In this document: piece by piece, positions 13,011-25,429 of the stretch
Layout of the letters: each line of letters begins with the position of its first letter
How positions within the stretch are numbered: position 1 is the stretch's first letter
NCBI GenBank assembly: GCA_904063045.1
Contig: CAJFCJ010000052.1
Location: forward strand, 1-64,000
Source: Dimorphilus gyrociliatus
Lineage: Eukaryota; Animalia; Annelida
Length of the DNA: 64,000 nucleotides
Direction of reading: 5' to 3'
Position numbers and translations under genes: made by a program
Notes under the pieces: generated by a model
The model's input: the letters and a program-made list of their open reading frames with translations, nothing else
What the model was told of the DNA's origin: nothing
Database searches by the model: none

Positions 13011-14527
13011 AAGTGGACGACATGTATATATGGACGCCGTAAATTTTGCTAGGCCAATTTTTAATTAAGGGTTTGTACTTTCCTGCTGAGGTTGTAGGTA
13101 AGTACTGGTCCAAATAGAACCGAACCAGGAGTAAGCCACTTAGAAGAGAGATGTAGAATTGATGAAGGATGAATATAGAACCAAACTGTAAGAATAATAT
13201 AACTGTATTCTAAAGTAATACTAGACCTGTTCACTAAGGGAGTTGATTCAGGACTGAATGCCTGTTACTGCCTACGCCCTGCTTTTATACAATTACTTAT
13301 CAGTTGTTTATGCCTTGGCTGTCAACAACAAGGGTCTAACCCCATATAAGGATTGTTCACAACAAACAGGGTCAAGGGTTATCATATTATGCAATAGTGA
13401 TGTAAACAACAACAACTTTGTGTAGGTTACCCATCAAGGGTCAATTCTTACATCATATTTATGTAAATAAACACTTGTTGTTGTTGTCAACATGTTTGTT
13501 ATGTAACATCTTATCCTTTGCCTATAAAAGGGGTTGATTCTGGCAGTTGGGTACCATCTACCCTAGAGGCAACATCTACTTCAACACTTCTACCATATAG
13601 TAAGTATCATTTATAAAATATCTATAAACTATAGTTCATAAGTGTACAGTTAAAATTGTTTGTCATCTGCAAATTAGTATTTTTTGTCTAAATTTATATA
13701 GAAAAAGAGTTAAATTGACATAATATTGAAAAAAATTTAAGAAAATGATAATATTTTGTGAACATTATTGGTAAAAATTTTTAATGATTTTCATAAGTTT
13801 TTTCTTTATTTGGCCACGCGACATGTTTATTGAAACATTGAGTTGACATCAGGTTTGACATTCAAATAGACGTCTCAAACAAAAAATTTTTCAACTTTTT
13901 TCCTGTTTTAAGTTAAGTTAATTAGTTATTGAATATTAAAAATTACTGTACATAATTTATATTGTATTTTTTTAATTTTGGTTTGGAGTCAAGATATAAG
14001 GGATTTGGTAATCAAGAAATTTAGCGAAATAGGGAAATTAAGGGCAACAGCAAGAGTTTTAGGAATGGCACCATCATCAGTTAGTAACATATTGAAGTAC
14101 AAGCAGCCAGAACAAGACAATAGGGGAGGTCCGAAGAAGCTTTCTGACAGAGAGATAGCGAGGATGAAAAGAATTGTAAAGAAACTGAAAGATAACAAGC
14201 AAAGAGTGACAGGGTTAGTTAAGATATTAAAGGAATTAGAAGTAGATGTAAGCATGAGAACAATACAGAGGGAGCTGAAAAGACAAAATTTCAAATATAA
14301 AAGAGTCAGACAAAGAACTGATCTCACCTCCATAGACTGTAAACGCAGAAAGGCGTACTGCCTCAAAGAAAAACTGCTGTTTTAAAGAAATTTATATAAA
14401 ATTGCAAGTTTAACCTATTATTAAACACTAAAAAAATAAAAAAAATAATCTTTTTTCATCACGAAAAAGATTTTTAATATTTGGCCTATAAAAATTTGAG
14501 GTGTTCCAACATACCTGTCATCCACTT
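13011..14527 (+). mobile_element. Tc1/Tc3-like element (family a), internally deleted, nested at a TA in the left TIR of family b; transposase HTH N-terminus at 13978-14385
   Basis: TA|AAGTGGACGACATG ... CCTGTCATCCACTT|TA. ORF with paired-like HTH and RGGPKKLSDRE. Confidence 0.85.
13074..13648 (-). mobile_element. Solo LTR, family A (575 bp)
   Basis: TGTAC...GTACA termini; only about 4 differences from 20363-20937. Host Tc1 sequence is contiguous across it (GGTT/GTT duplication). Confidence 0.85.
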
Positions 14528-15827
14528 TATGTATAAACTAATATCCTTTACAAAAATTATCAAAAAATTGTTTTTCTTTTATAAAATCGAGTTTTAGTAA
14601 TTATACCTTCAAAAGAAGGGGTTAGTTAAAAATGAGTCACCATCTATTTAATTAAATATTTTATGTTAAATCTACCTTAGGACACTCTTACAATTTATAT
14701 ACATGAATTATTATAATATTTTATGAAAATACAGAAATAATACTTTTAAACCTTTTTAATATTTGGTATGACCATCCTTATTGAAAAAAACACAGCTGTA
14801 GCCTCTTTCTAAAACTATTAAACAATTTTTCAACATATTCAATTGGAATATTGTCAAATTCTTGCCGTGTTACTCTCCATAGATGTATACCTCTGCTGCC
14901 ATCACTTTTTATAAAACTCCATATATTTAGGGAACCATTTGCCTCTTTAAACATTTTTATGGCATATTTTGCCTTATATCTATCAGCTGGATGCCTTATG
15001 GCAAACTGCTTGTGTTTTGGATATAAATCTATCCTTGTCTCATCCAAAAAGACAATTGAATTAATTTGCTCTGTGTTCCAAGAGAGGAGTTTTTTACAAA
15101 ACTTTCTCCTATTTATTAAATGCCTTTTTTTAATAGGGTTTTTTTTGCTGCAACATAGCCTCTCAAGTTGTGTTTCCTTAAAACATTCTTGCAAGTAGAT
15201 AGGGATATGACTGATGCTAGTCTAGAGGCTGATAAAATTTTTTTTGCACCCCACAAAGGATTTCTGATAGATATAAGGCATAATATTGTCTCATCTCACT
15301 TGCTTAATTTGACTGGCCTGCCACATCTGGGTAAATCTTTAATTGTGCGATGTTATTGAAACTTTTTCCAGATATTTTGGGAACTGAACCTCAAAATTTT
15401 CAACATTTTGGCAATTTTATTCAATGATAGCCCTTCTTGGTGTTTTTCAACAACCAAACAATAAATTCCTTTATCAATGACCACCATTTTCTTGAATAAC
15501 CAAATATACAATTATAATAAGATAATTTTCTATTTGATTTATGCAGCTTAGCCCCAAGTTTTTTATTAAATAGATAGTGACTCATTTTAACTACCCCCTT
15601 TTTTCAAGGCCTTATTACTAAAACTGGATTTTATAGAAGAAAAACAATTTTTTGATAATTTTTCGTAAAAGATATTAGTTTATACATATTAATCATTATT
15701 ACTACCAATTAAAAGTAGTTATTCAGTATATCTTAATGTCTAAACTAAAATTTTACAAGGTGGCTTGGGACTTTTTGCCTACACTGTATATTATACTTTT
15801 TGTTTGAAATTTTCTTCCGAAGAAGAA

Positions 15828-16015
15828 ATGGGCCAAACTTGGAAGTACTGCAATACCAAGTCAACCCGTGAGAAAACTTAAGCAAGCTTAATGTTTCCTC
15901 TGTATACAAAAATACTGTTAACCATATTAGATAACACAGTGTGTTATCAGTTAGCGGTTAAACTAACTAGAACAGATACTACACTTTGATCTTAGCCAAA
16001 AGGCCGAGAAGCGAT
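15828..16015 (-). ncRNA. U2: U2 spliceosomal snRNA, full length (~188 nt)
   Basis: Minus strand ATCGCTTCTCGGCCTTTTGGCTAAGATCAAAGTGTAGTATCTGTTCT, stems IIa/IIb/IIc, Sm site ATTTTTG, stem III with AGCTTGCT, and stem IV loop TATTGCAGTACTT. Confidence 0.97.
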
Positions 16016-17189
16016 AACACTTAACGATGAAACATGCTCTTTGAGCTTTTTCTGAAGTGTGTCTCTTTTTGCTATTTTTTATTCATGCTGTTGACTGTGC
16101 TCTCTAAAAATCTTATTTATCTCGCTTTTTTGGGTTTTTGTCTTGTATAGGTTTTTTCAATTAATTTGTAAGAGATTTTTGTTTTGGGTGTCTTATGACA
16201 CTTATTCATCTTTCATTTGTTGATTGGAATACTTGCAATTTTGATATATTGTTCGGTTTATTCTGTCTTTGTTCATTGCTTTCTGTAGATGGCGCATTTG
16301 ATAAGTTTCCGGTGGATTTAAAATGGCGCTCATAGTGTAGATAATTGGTGACAGGTAAGGAAAGTGATTCTGTGATTGGGGAAAGTTTTAGTACCATAGA
16401 ACAAATGATATATGTGTCTTAACTAGGGCTCTAAAGAGTAATGACATAGCATTTGTAATGATGAAACACAATGTAAATCTATAAAAATCTAAACTTGGCA
16501 CATTGCCAAGTCTAGTCATAATGTGACCGTATATATATGTACACATAGTAGTATTGTGCACACCTGCCCCAAAAGCTATTGTTATCCACTCATATAAAAT
16601 AGTATTGAGTCAAGTCTACAGTTTTTAAATGGGTATTAATATAGATGGATAAGTACGGCAAGTGGAAGCAGTATAACAGGTTTACAAAACAGTGAAGTCT
16701 AATTGTTCCTAATGGTTGAATACAAATAGTGCATGGGACGGACTCAGAAGAGAGTTACTTCAATTAGTGTTCTTTTGATAGTGCCAAAAATCAGCTCAGG
16801 TCGGAGTATTTCAGTGCTATGTTCTGGGGTTTTGACAGAAAATGCTGAAGAATTGCATTAAAATGTAAATGAACATTGAAAAAATATAGTTGACTAAGAT
16901 TCATAGAAAGTACCAACAAATAAATTTAAGCTGTTTTAAAATTACAGCATAGAGAAATACTTCAATAGTACTGGATAAAATAAATTAATTATTTAAATAA
17001 CATCTATTTATTACTTTCAATTGTAAGAATATTTTTTCATATGTGCAAGTATGGCATATTTTGCTCTACAATCCAAGACAAAAATATCCATTTTTGGAAA
17101 GAAAAATTTTTTTTTAGTAGACAATTCTTTCAACTTGATAGTCAAAATGAGATACCAAATTCCAATTAGAGAGCTGGCAAGATGGGAAA

Positions 17190-17271
17190 AAATACCAGAT
17201 GACCTTTGATGAACTTGAGGTTGACCTGAATAAAGTTTGTAGGCATCAGACACTTGACCATTTACAGACAA
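17190..17271 (-). mobile_element. Possible non-LTR retrotransposon RT fragment
   Basis: SVNGQVSDAYKLYSGQPQ resembles the VNGxxS...SGVPQGS motif; the match is very short. Confidence 0.35.
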
Positions 17272-17317
17272 AATATAAAAGGAAGTTGAAAAAATATTTA
17301 CAAATAATAGACATTAC

Positions 17318-18170
17318 AAAGTAAATGATAGTAACATGTAGACGCCATAAATTTTGATAGACCTACTTTTAATTTACAGTTAAAATGGTTTGTTTGATGC
17401 AAAGTAGTATTTTTTTTCTAAAGTTAAATTGACATAATATTGAAAAAATTTAAAAAAATCATCATATTTTGTGAATATTATTAGCTAAATTTTTTAGTAA
17501 AAGAGCTCTTTCTTTATTTGGCCCTGTGACATGGTTATTCCAGCATTGCCTTGACATTTTGTTTGCTATTCAAATAGATGTCTCAAATAAAAATTTTATT
17601 CAACTTATATTTATTCAACTTAAATGCTTTTTTAAGTTAAGTTTCTTAGTTATTGAATATTAAAAATTACTGTATAAAGTAAACGAAAGGTATGTTGGAA
17701 CACCTCAAATTTTTATAGGCCAAATATAAAAAATCTTTTTCATGATGAAAAAAGATTATTTTTTAGTTTTTAATAATAGGTTAAACTTGGGTCATCATAG
17801 ACCATTGTCTTGGTCAGGCGCCACATGTTCTCTATTGGACTCAGATTGGGGCTCCTTGCTGGCCAATCAATGGGTGTGATATTGTTGTTTTTAAACATTT
17901 ATTTATTTTATTGTTGTTTCTTTCTGTTTTCCGTGTGACAGCCAGCATTGTCTTGCTGGAAGATTTACTGCCTGCCCATTTTTGCCTCAATTTCTTCTAT
18001 CACAGGCAGAACATCTTCCACAATGAAGGAGCTGTAGTTTTCCTCATTCAGCCTTCTCCTTATCCTTCAGACTTCGATTTCACCATCAGAGGTTATTAAC
18101 CTCCACACCAATACTCCACCTCTGCCCATATTTTTTGTCACCCTGAAGTCCTTTTCACTATTGTGGTAAA
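17318..18170. mobile_element. Tc1 family a left arm interrupted (at ~17676) by an inverted family a copy carrying the transposase C-terminus
   Basis: Matches 13650-13950 and the reverse complement of 14400-14520; minus-strand WPARSPNLSPIENMWRLTK. Confidence 0.75.
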
Positions 18171-18318
18171 TTGGTTACGCAGAAGAAAACAGCAACTGAT
18201 TTGTACTTAGCAGGGTCTCCTCTAAGGGTTAGGAGAAATGCAAAAGGTTAGGTACAGATAAGGGCTGGGTTAGGGTTAGGGTAAAAGCACTGATATGTGG
18301 ACGTTTTCTGTCGCATCC
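18170..18318. mobile_element. Partial MULE-type MITE abutting a partial LTR-A (18319-18478)
   Basis: gggctgggttagggttagggtaaaagcact...ggacgttttctgtcgcatcc followed by reverse-oriented LTR-A sequence. Confidence 0.8.
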
Positions 18319-18481
18319 TTAGTGAACAGGTCTAGTATTACCTTAGAATACAATCATATTATTCTTACGTTTTGGTTCTATATTCATCCTCCCTCAATTC
18401 TACATCTCTCTTCTAAGTGGCTTACTCCTGGTTCGGTTCTATTTGGACCAGTACTTACCTACAACTAGGAGAGTACACATA

Positions 18482-18772
18482 NNNNNNNNNNNNNNNNNNN
18501 NNNNNNNNNNNNNNNNNNNNNNNNNNNNNNNNNNNNNNNNNNNNNNNNNNNNNNNNNNNNNNNNNNNNNNNNNNNNNNNNNNNNNNNNNNNNNNNNNNNN
18601 NNNNNNNNNNNNNNNNNNNNNNNNNNNNNNNNNNNNNNNNNNNNNNNNNNNNNNNNNNNNNNNNNNNNNNNNNNNNNNNNNNNNNNNNNNNNNNNNNNNN
18701 NNNNNNNNNNNNNNNNNNNNNNNNNNNNNNNNNNNNNNNNNNNNNNNNNNNNNNNNNNNNNNNNNNNNNNNN
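18482..18772. other. Assembly gap (N run)
   Basis: 291 N. Confidence 1.
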
Positions 18773-20011
18773 TAACAATTTATTAATCTATACATTTATG
18801 ATTTTGAACTAAAACTAGTTCCATTATTTATCAATTATGCTTAAATTCTAAGTTTAGATTATATTGACAATTCAACAGTATTGTATACACAATACTGTTC
18901 TTCTTAACATGCATTAATCAGATATACTTCCTCCTTATATGCTCATGCTAAATTTACTAACTCAATCAATTGAATATCATTATTAAGGTAGAATATAAAA
19001 ACGGTCAAATATACAATCTACATGTTTTCTTGATTGTTGGACTTGTCCTACTAAAATTGTTACATCTTATGCAACTCTCCAACCTGAGAAATTCAACTAT
19101 TATTTAGAAGAGGAAAACAATAAAAACATGACCATATTTACAACTTTTCTTTGTCTTCAAATGTTACTTTTGTTTTTGTGAACATTGAAATTTGTGAACT
19201 ATCAACCCTTAAAAGAGTATATAAACCCTACGAAATTAACAGTTGACAGTTCACTTTTCTAACCATCAGCTGGTTGTTTAAACTAGCTTGTTTAGAACTA
19301 GAAGCTCATTTTACTCAATACATATTCTTTGGACGAAATACTGGTGTTTTGTTGATTAATTTCTACCGAAATTGCCTTTGTTAGACTATTTGTGGACGAA
19401 CTTTAAAGGTTCTATTTGGACTAGTACTTTTGACAAGTTTGTAAATGATTGGAAAGGACAATTACAGTTGTGACGAACCTGAAATTCCTACAATTACAAT
19501 ACAACAAAGTACACTGTCTTTAAAATATATTTCACTTAAAAATTTTCAGTGATACAGTATTTAAGTTGAGTTTTACCAAGTATCTTAATTTTCCCTGTGA
19601 AAAAATGAAATTCAACTTAGAAAAATATTTTAGGAATGGTAATTTTTGGAATCTTGATATTCCAGATACATCAGTTAGTATTGAAAATTCACAACAAAAC
19701 TTTTGATGACCAATTTTTTTAGTTTAGCCTTGAAAATGACTTTACTCTAAGAGCTTATAGTTTTTTTGTCATTAATAGATAATTGCTTGTTTAATAAATG
19801 TTGGTACTTATTATCAATTTTTTAACAGTTTCTATTATGATTGTTTATTAGTAAATTCTGTGAAATATGTTCAGAAATAGAACATTTCATGAATATATTA
19901 CAAGTTCTATTGTATTGGCTTTACAATTTTCTAACTGAGTAAAATATACTTTTAGAAGAATTTCATATTTTTTTATTCCTTTCATTTCTTTTCTATGGAT
20001 ACATTTTCAAT

Positions 20012-20210
20012 GAATGGAACAGAAAACATCCCCAATATTATGGCTTTAGCCTAACCCAAGTCCAGCCCTGGTCTCTGCATAACCTTTTTGATTACCTCTA
20101 TCCCTTAGATGGAACCCACCTAACTACAAATCAATAGCTAATTTACTCCTGAGCATTTTTCGAAATTTTGCTTTCAAATATCCCAACTGGAAATGTTTTC
20201 CAGCGGCTCC
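20012..20210. mobile_element. Old diverged copy of the 200-bp MITE family
   Basis: gaatggaacagaaaacatcc...ggaaatgttttccagcggctcc; same length and internal layout; decayed 9-bp flanks attttcaat/attctccac. Confidence 0.55.
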
Positions 20211-20362
20211 ATTCTCCACTACATATTTCACAGAATTTCATAGAAAAAGTAATACTCTGGAGAAAAATCAATTCCTTTTCTGTCTATGCTAGTATAAATA
20301 ATATTTCAAAAAATTACTATACTTTTTTGTCTGTGTTCTTTCTAAAAATTAAATATACATTG

Positions 20363-21970
20363 TGTACTTTCCTGCTGAGGTTGTAGGTAAGTACTGGTCC
20401 AAATAGAACCGAACCAGGAGTAAGCCACTTAGAAGAGAGATGTAGAATTGATGAAGGATGAATATAGAACCAAACTGTAAGAATAATATAACTGTATTCT
20501 AAAGTAATACTAGACCTGTTCACTAAGGGAGTTGATTCAGGACTGAATGCCTGTTACTGCCTACGCCCTGCTTTTATACAATTCCTTATCAGTTGTTTAT
20601 GCCTTGGCTGTCAACAACAAGGGTCTAACCCCATATAAGGATTGTTCACAACAAACAGGGTCAAGGGTTATCATATTATGCAATAGTGATGTAAACAACA
20701 ACAACTTTGTGTAGGTTACCTGTCAAGGGTCAATTCTTACATCATATTCATGTAAATAAACACTTGTTGTTGTTGTCAACATGTTTGTTATGTAACATCT
20801 TATCCTTTGCCTATAAAAGGGGTTGATTCTGGCAGTTGGGTACCATCTACCCTAGAGGCAACATCTACTTCAACACTTCTACCATATAGTAAGTATCATT
20901 TATAAAATATCTATAAACTATAGTTCATAAGTGTACAGACTTCTCCTCTCCTTAAAGCATCATTCCACTGATGGTTCAACATTGGCAATAATAACTTGAC
21001 CTTTCCTGCTGCTGACAACTCTTAAGGGTTGGCCTTCCTCAATGGATTTAATGTCATTTGTTTTTCTGAATCTGTTTAGTATTCTTTGTGTTACATTTTT
21101 ATGTAATCCTTTCATCTTTATCCAATACAATATCATTCCAATTGCACCAGTTGTTGTTGCAGGAATAAGGAAATTGATAATAGTTTGTAGTGGTTTCTTT
21201 GTCCAAGCCATAAAATATCTTCTAGATTTAGTTACTGCAGGGTCAATGCCAATTTGTTTTGCATAATTTAGTTGATCTGAATGTTGATCAAGCTTATTTG
21301 TCATATAATCCGATACTTGCTGTAGCTGTACACCCTTTTTTCCGACATCTTCTTTGATACCTAATTTCAAAAGTTCTGAAAGTCTTTCAATGTCTAATTG
21401 AGGTTCTTCCAGGTTATTAGAAATCTTTAATCTTATTGATTGAGCAGCAACTTTCCTGAATTTGCATCCATTTGTAGAATAATGAATAAATATTTTCTGT
21501 TCATTATTACTCTGGCTATCCAAAGGATTATCTTTTACCTTGAATAGATTTTGTTCAGTGTTCCCCAGAACGCGAGTCACGAAGTGTGTGGGGGAAACTT
21601 ATGCGTCTACTGTAATAAGTCAAAAGTGCTCGGTGTTGAGCAGTGTCTGACCATAGCCTATAAAAGCATGATCGAGTCTGTATGACGAAAATAAAACTTA
21701 GACGGATTGCTATTGCAGGCAATCCGTATATATGAAGCAATAATCGCGAAAAATGACGCTTTATACAGGTAGTGTTTCTAATTTATTTAAATATTCTTGG
21801 AGAGTTTGAATATTTGAAAATCCATCATCTTGTTCCTTGGCTGTTGAGATGTCTGTTTCATGGATTCGAATAGAAGCCAGTGAATCATGTGGTTTGTTTA
21901 GAGGGTTTGTCTGAGTAGAGCTCATCATTTCAATCATACCTTCCATCTTGGCGTTCATTCTTGTTTCCAA
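20363..21970 (-). mobile_element. LTR retrotransposon 3' end: gag-like fragment (21761-21970), env-like ORF (20960-21580), PPT (20940-20953), 3' LTR-A (20363-20937)
   Basis: Purine tract AAGGAGAGGAGAAG ends 2 nt before TGTACA. The ORF ends in a hydrophobic segment. The gag fragment resembles 6150-6270. Confidence 0.7.
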
Positions 21971-22580
21971 TATGGGTATGACTTAAGTTGGGTACGGTTT
22001 CATCTGGGTCTATTAAAACATTGTAACCATGATCACCTAACAGACAAAGCTTCAAAACTACATACATAGGGCATTCATACAAAGTATTAAATCATTCCAA
22101 TGGATTCAAAACAGAGTGAAACTAGAAAAGATATATTTTTTTAACCATTTTTAAATAGAATGATTTGATTATAACTTTTTATGTTTGACAAAGAGTGGAA
22201 ATTCAGAGGTGGGGTTTAAAAAATGGATAATTCATATACAGTCTAAAGGGTTCTTGTTTTTGTTTTTTTATAATCCTAAAGGTTTTGGAGAAATCACCTT
22301 TTGATTAGTTGATTTATCGACTAACCTCAGCTTTGTTAACTCTTTTTAAGCTTTGAGTTAAGAAAGAGACATTGTAGAAGAATAATGCATGACGGATTAT
22401 ATTCAATAAAATAGCACAAAAAATAGAAAAATGACACAGTGGGAGGACTTGACAAAATTTTTGCCGTCGAGTGCGAATGTATTCAAGTGGCAAACTCGAA
22501 TAGACAAAAATTTAGGCCAGTGGAATCTAAAGTGTACAATTTAAATTTGAACAATACCTGATGAATTTTTGCAGAAAGAT

Positions 22581-23310
22581 AAAGTAAATTACAAGAATAT
22601 GTGGACACCGTAAATTCAGAAAGGCTAACTTTTAATTAATGGTTAAAATTGTTTGTTCCCTGCAAACTAGTCTTTTTTGTCTAAATTTATATAGAAAAAG
22701 AGTTAAATGGACATAATATTGAAAAAAATTAAGAAAATGACAAGATTTTGTGAATATTATTAGCATTTTTAGTATTTTCATAAGTTTTTTCTTTATTTGG
22801 CTGCGCAACATGATATTTGGAACATTGTGCTGACATCTGTTTTGACATTCAAATAGACATCAAAATTTTTTTCAACTTATTTGCTTTTTTAAGTTAAGTT
22901 TCTTAGTTATTGGATATTAAAAATTACTGTTTATAATTTATATTGTATTTTTTTAATTATGGCATGCAGTAAAGATATTAAATGCAGTGAAGACAAAACT
23001 TTAAAAAGAGCAACATTGTACTGCTCTTGCTTGGCCAATTTATGGATTTGCGAGTTACAACAATACTGGTTCTACTCGAACCTTTAAACAAATGCTTTAA
23101 TTAAAAGAATTACAATGCATTTTTAAAGAGGAAATGATTAGAAAGATTTCAGAAAATTGATGGCTCTCCTCTTTGGCACCCACATATTATTGAATCAACA
23201 TTTTACAGTATAAAGGCAGAACTTTTTGAAAAAAATAAGTTCTTGGACCTCTTGGAATACTTCCAAACACACTGGATTAAAAATAAATTATGGAAACCAA
23301 ATAATTGGTC
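22581..23310. mobile_element. Composite relic: Tc1-a left arm (~22581-22980), LTR-B end in reverse (~22997-23105), MULE transposase fragment (~23130-23310)
   Basis: Matches to the other copies; RKLMAL and LDLLEYFQTHWIKNKLWKPNNWS. Confidence 0.7.
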
Positions 23311-23679
23311 AGTTTTACCCAGATACGTTCACCCCCCTGCCAAGGGTACATTCGGACCTCAACTCAAAATTTTCTTTTTTGCAGTGTTCTAATTTAATGG
23401 ATTTATTATAAAATATCATATTCAAGATTAAGATATTTGTTTGCTAATTTTCAGGAAATGGCATTGGATTTGATAGTTAATCCAATCACTTTAAGTGAAT
23501 AAACTCGTAGCCTTTTGTTAAATATGTCAATTAAACTTAAAACTCTGCAACTGGAGTATTTTTAAAATATTTTTCAATTTATTGAAAAGAGTAAATGTTT
23601 TTAAGATTTACAGAGAGAGAGTGAGTGAGTCAATAAGAATTTATAACTATGAAAGATGAGAAAAATTGTAATCATTTTT

Positions 23680-24300
23680 CTATCGACAAATACATCTATA
23701 AAGGCACCATATCATACAAACGAAGGCAATTACGGAAGCTAAACCTCTAGCGCTTCCACCAAGAACTATAGATAAATTTACTGAAGATGTCTCCGTTTCT
23801 TGATACCTACTCTCGGGTACAATTATTTCAAATTTAGTTCCTTTTCCAACATTTTCATCTGAGTCAGATGAAAAATAAAAGAAAATATTAGGTGATCCAA
23901 TCACCTCGAATGAGAAGTTCTGCATAGTACCACACCACTTTTTAATAAGATTGCCAGAGGTGTCGGAGCCGTTATAAATGGCCGCAAAATCGTCGTGACA
24001 ACCACTAGACATTTCCATGTCAGTGGAGATAACTTTCACTAGAAAGTATGGTTTCGATTTAGGAGAAGTAAACCTCTCGCATTCGATAGTGTCTGGTGAA
24101 TATCCACCAGAATAATACATCCGATTAGTATATTCACTTATGTCATTAGAGACAACACTTTCCGACATCAGCTGACATTTTTTAAGACTAGTGAATGTGT
24201 TGGTACAACTCAGGATAACTGCAAAATTAAAATGTTAATCTAAACTAAGATTTGTAATTTTTAAAAACTTACGAAAGCAGAAGAAAAGTCCCGACGGCAT
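23680..24300 (-). CDS. CUB-domain type-I membrane protein (2 exons, intron 24219-24272)
   Basis: Signal peptide MPSGLFFCFLILSCTNTFTS; CUB motifs CHDDFAAIYNG and LIKKWCG...FYFSSDSD...GKGTKF; TM IVLGGSARGLASVIAFVCMIWCLY with a Cys-rich short tail. Confidence 0.85.
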
Positions 24301-25218
24301 ATCTGCAATTGGTGTGCAAGAATGTAGTACATTTCATTTTATACCTTAATTTTTAATTTATTCAAAACTGCAGTCAAAGCAGAAAAGTATTAATATTCAT
24401 TCAAAAATTTTGTTTATTTGTAGTGTCAAGAAAGTATAGCTTTGGGATTATCATTAGAATTACCATTTCCCGAAAAGCAAGGAGGGTGGTTTTCAGATAA
24501 TACAGAATTGAAAATAACCACTATCCTCAAAGTATTCAAGTTAGATAGAATATTTTTAAAATATCTCAAAAAATTTAATGTATATTCTTATCTCACTAAG
24601 CCTATATTCTGCTGTAAAGCATAACCTATTTGACTTTATTATAAGTTTTAAAAAAGTTCTTTTAAATTGTGTTTAGAATAAAGTATCACAAAAATCTGTT
24701 AAATTAGTTAGCTAATTTTCTTGCATGACATTGGTGGTGTCATCATTTACATGTGTGAAAACTCGTTACCATGGTAAAAAAGAGCGCCTTATTGTGAAAA
24801 TTTCAAGAAAATATTAATTTGTAATTTAGGTTAGCCAATGAACAATCTTCAATTTGCAATCATTAGGAGGCAGAAAGTGCTGTCAATATTTTTTAAGGAG
24901 CTGATTACATATTTTATGACTAAAGATAGTGACTTGAAAAGTTAAGATAAGCTTTTAGAGATAAAATAGATATAGGAATTGATTTTTAATAATACTATGG
25001 AAAAATATTTAATCAAATGCAGTAAACATTGACATTTTTGACCTTGACCGTTATTAATTTATCACTTAACAATTCTTATTGGAAAAAAAAGTTGACAAAA
25101 TTCAATCCTTAGCAACTATAAACAGAGTAGTTATAACATAGGTATCAACTGTTGGTGTAAACACAAACAGGAAGAAAAAAAGACCAAAAACTCAAATTGA
25201 GTCACAAGGTCTTTTTTT

Positions 25219-25364
25219 CTTATCTGATAAGTTATCCTGGACTGACTTGAAAATCCAATGTTAACAGTTTATACTTGCTTAACCTATAATTAAATTTTAT
25301 TAACATTATTATAAACTGTTAACATTGGATTTTCAAGTCAGTCCAGGATAACTTATCAGATAAG
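25219..25364. repeat. Perfect 55-bp inverted repeat with 36-bp spacer (foldback/MITE-like hairpin)
   Basis: 25219-25273 is the exact reverse complement of 25310-25364. Confidence 0.95.
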
Positions 25365-25429
25365 TTGACACTCTTCAACTTTTACAGATAATGAAGCTGA
25401 CTATATAAATATAAATGCTTTAAAAGAGT

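Larger units (their letters stand above)
12910..15786 (-). mobile_element. Tc1/mariner element (family b) with long TIRs and a decayed transposase (~14778-15480), host of nested insertions
   Basis: TA|CAGTATAGGCAAAAAGTCCCAAGCC ... GGCTTGGGACTTTTTGCCTACACTG|TA. The TIR continues over about 230 bp once the nested element is removed. Motifs DLPRCGRPVKL and IVFLDETRI. Confidence 0.9.

Noticed and set aside
15933-16020. U2 5' fragment flanked by GTGTTATC direct repeats, suggesting a truncated retro-pseudogene or a Utopia/Keno target site
   Set aside because: The sequence continues into a complete, covarying U2; the repeat is just stem IIb.
18417-18812. ORFs spanning the N gap
   Set aside because: Artefacts of translating N.
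13074-20937. Two near-identical same-orientation LTR-A copies 7.9 kb apart looked like one full-length retrotransposon
   Set aside because: The first copy interrupts contiguous Tc1 sequence (solo LTR), the interval has no gag/pol, and the PPT lies on the outer side of the second copy.
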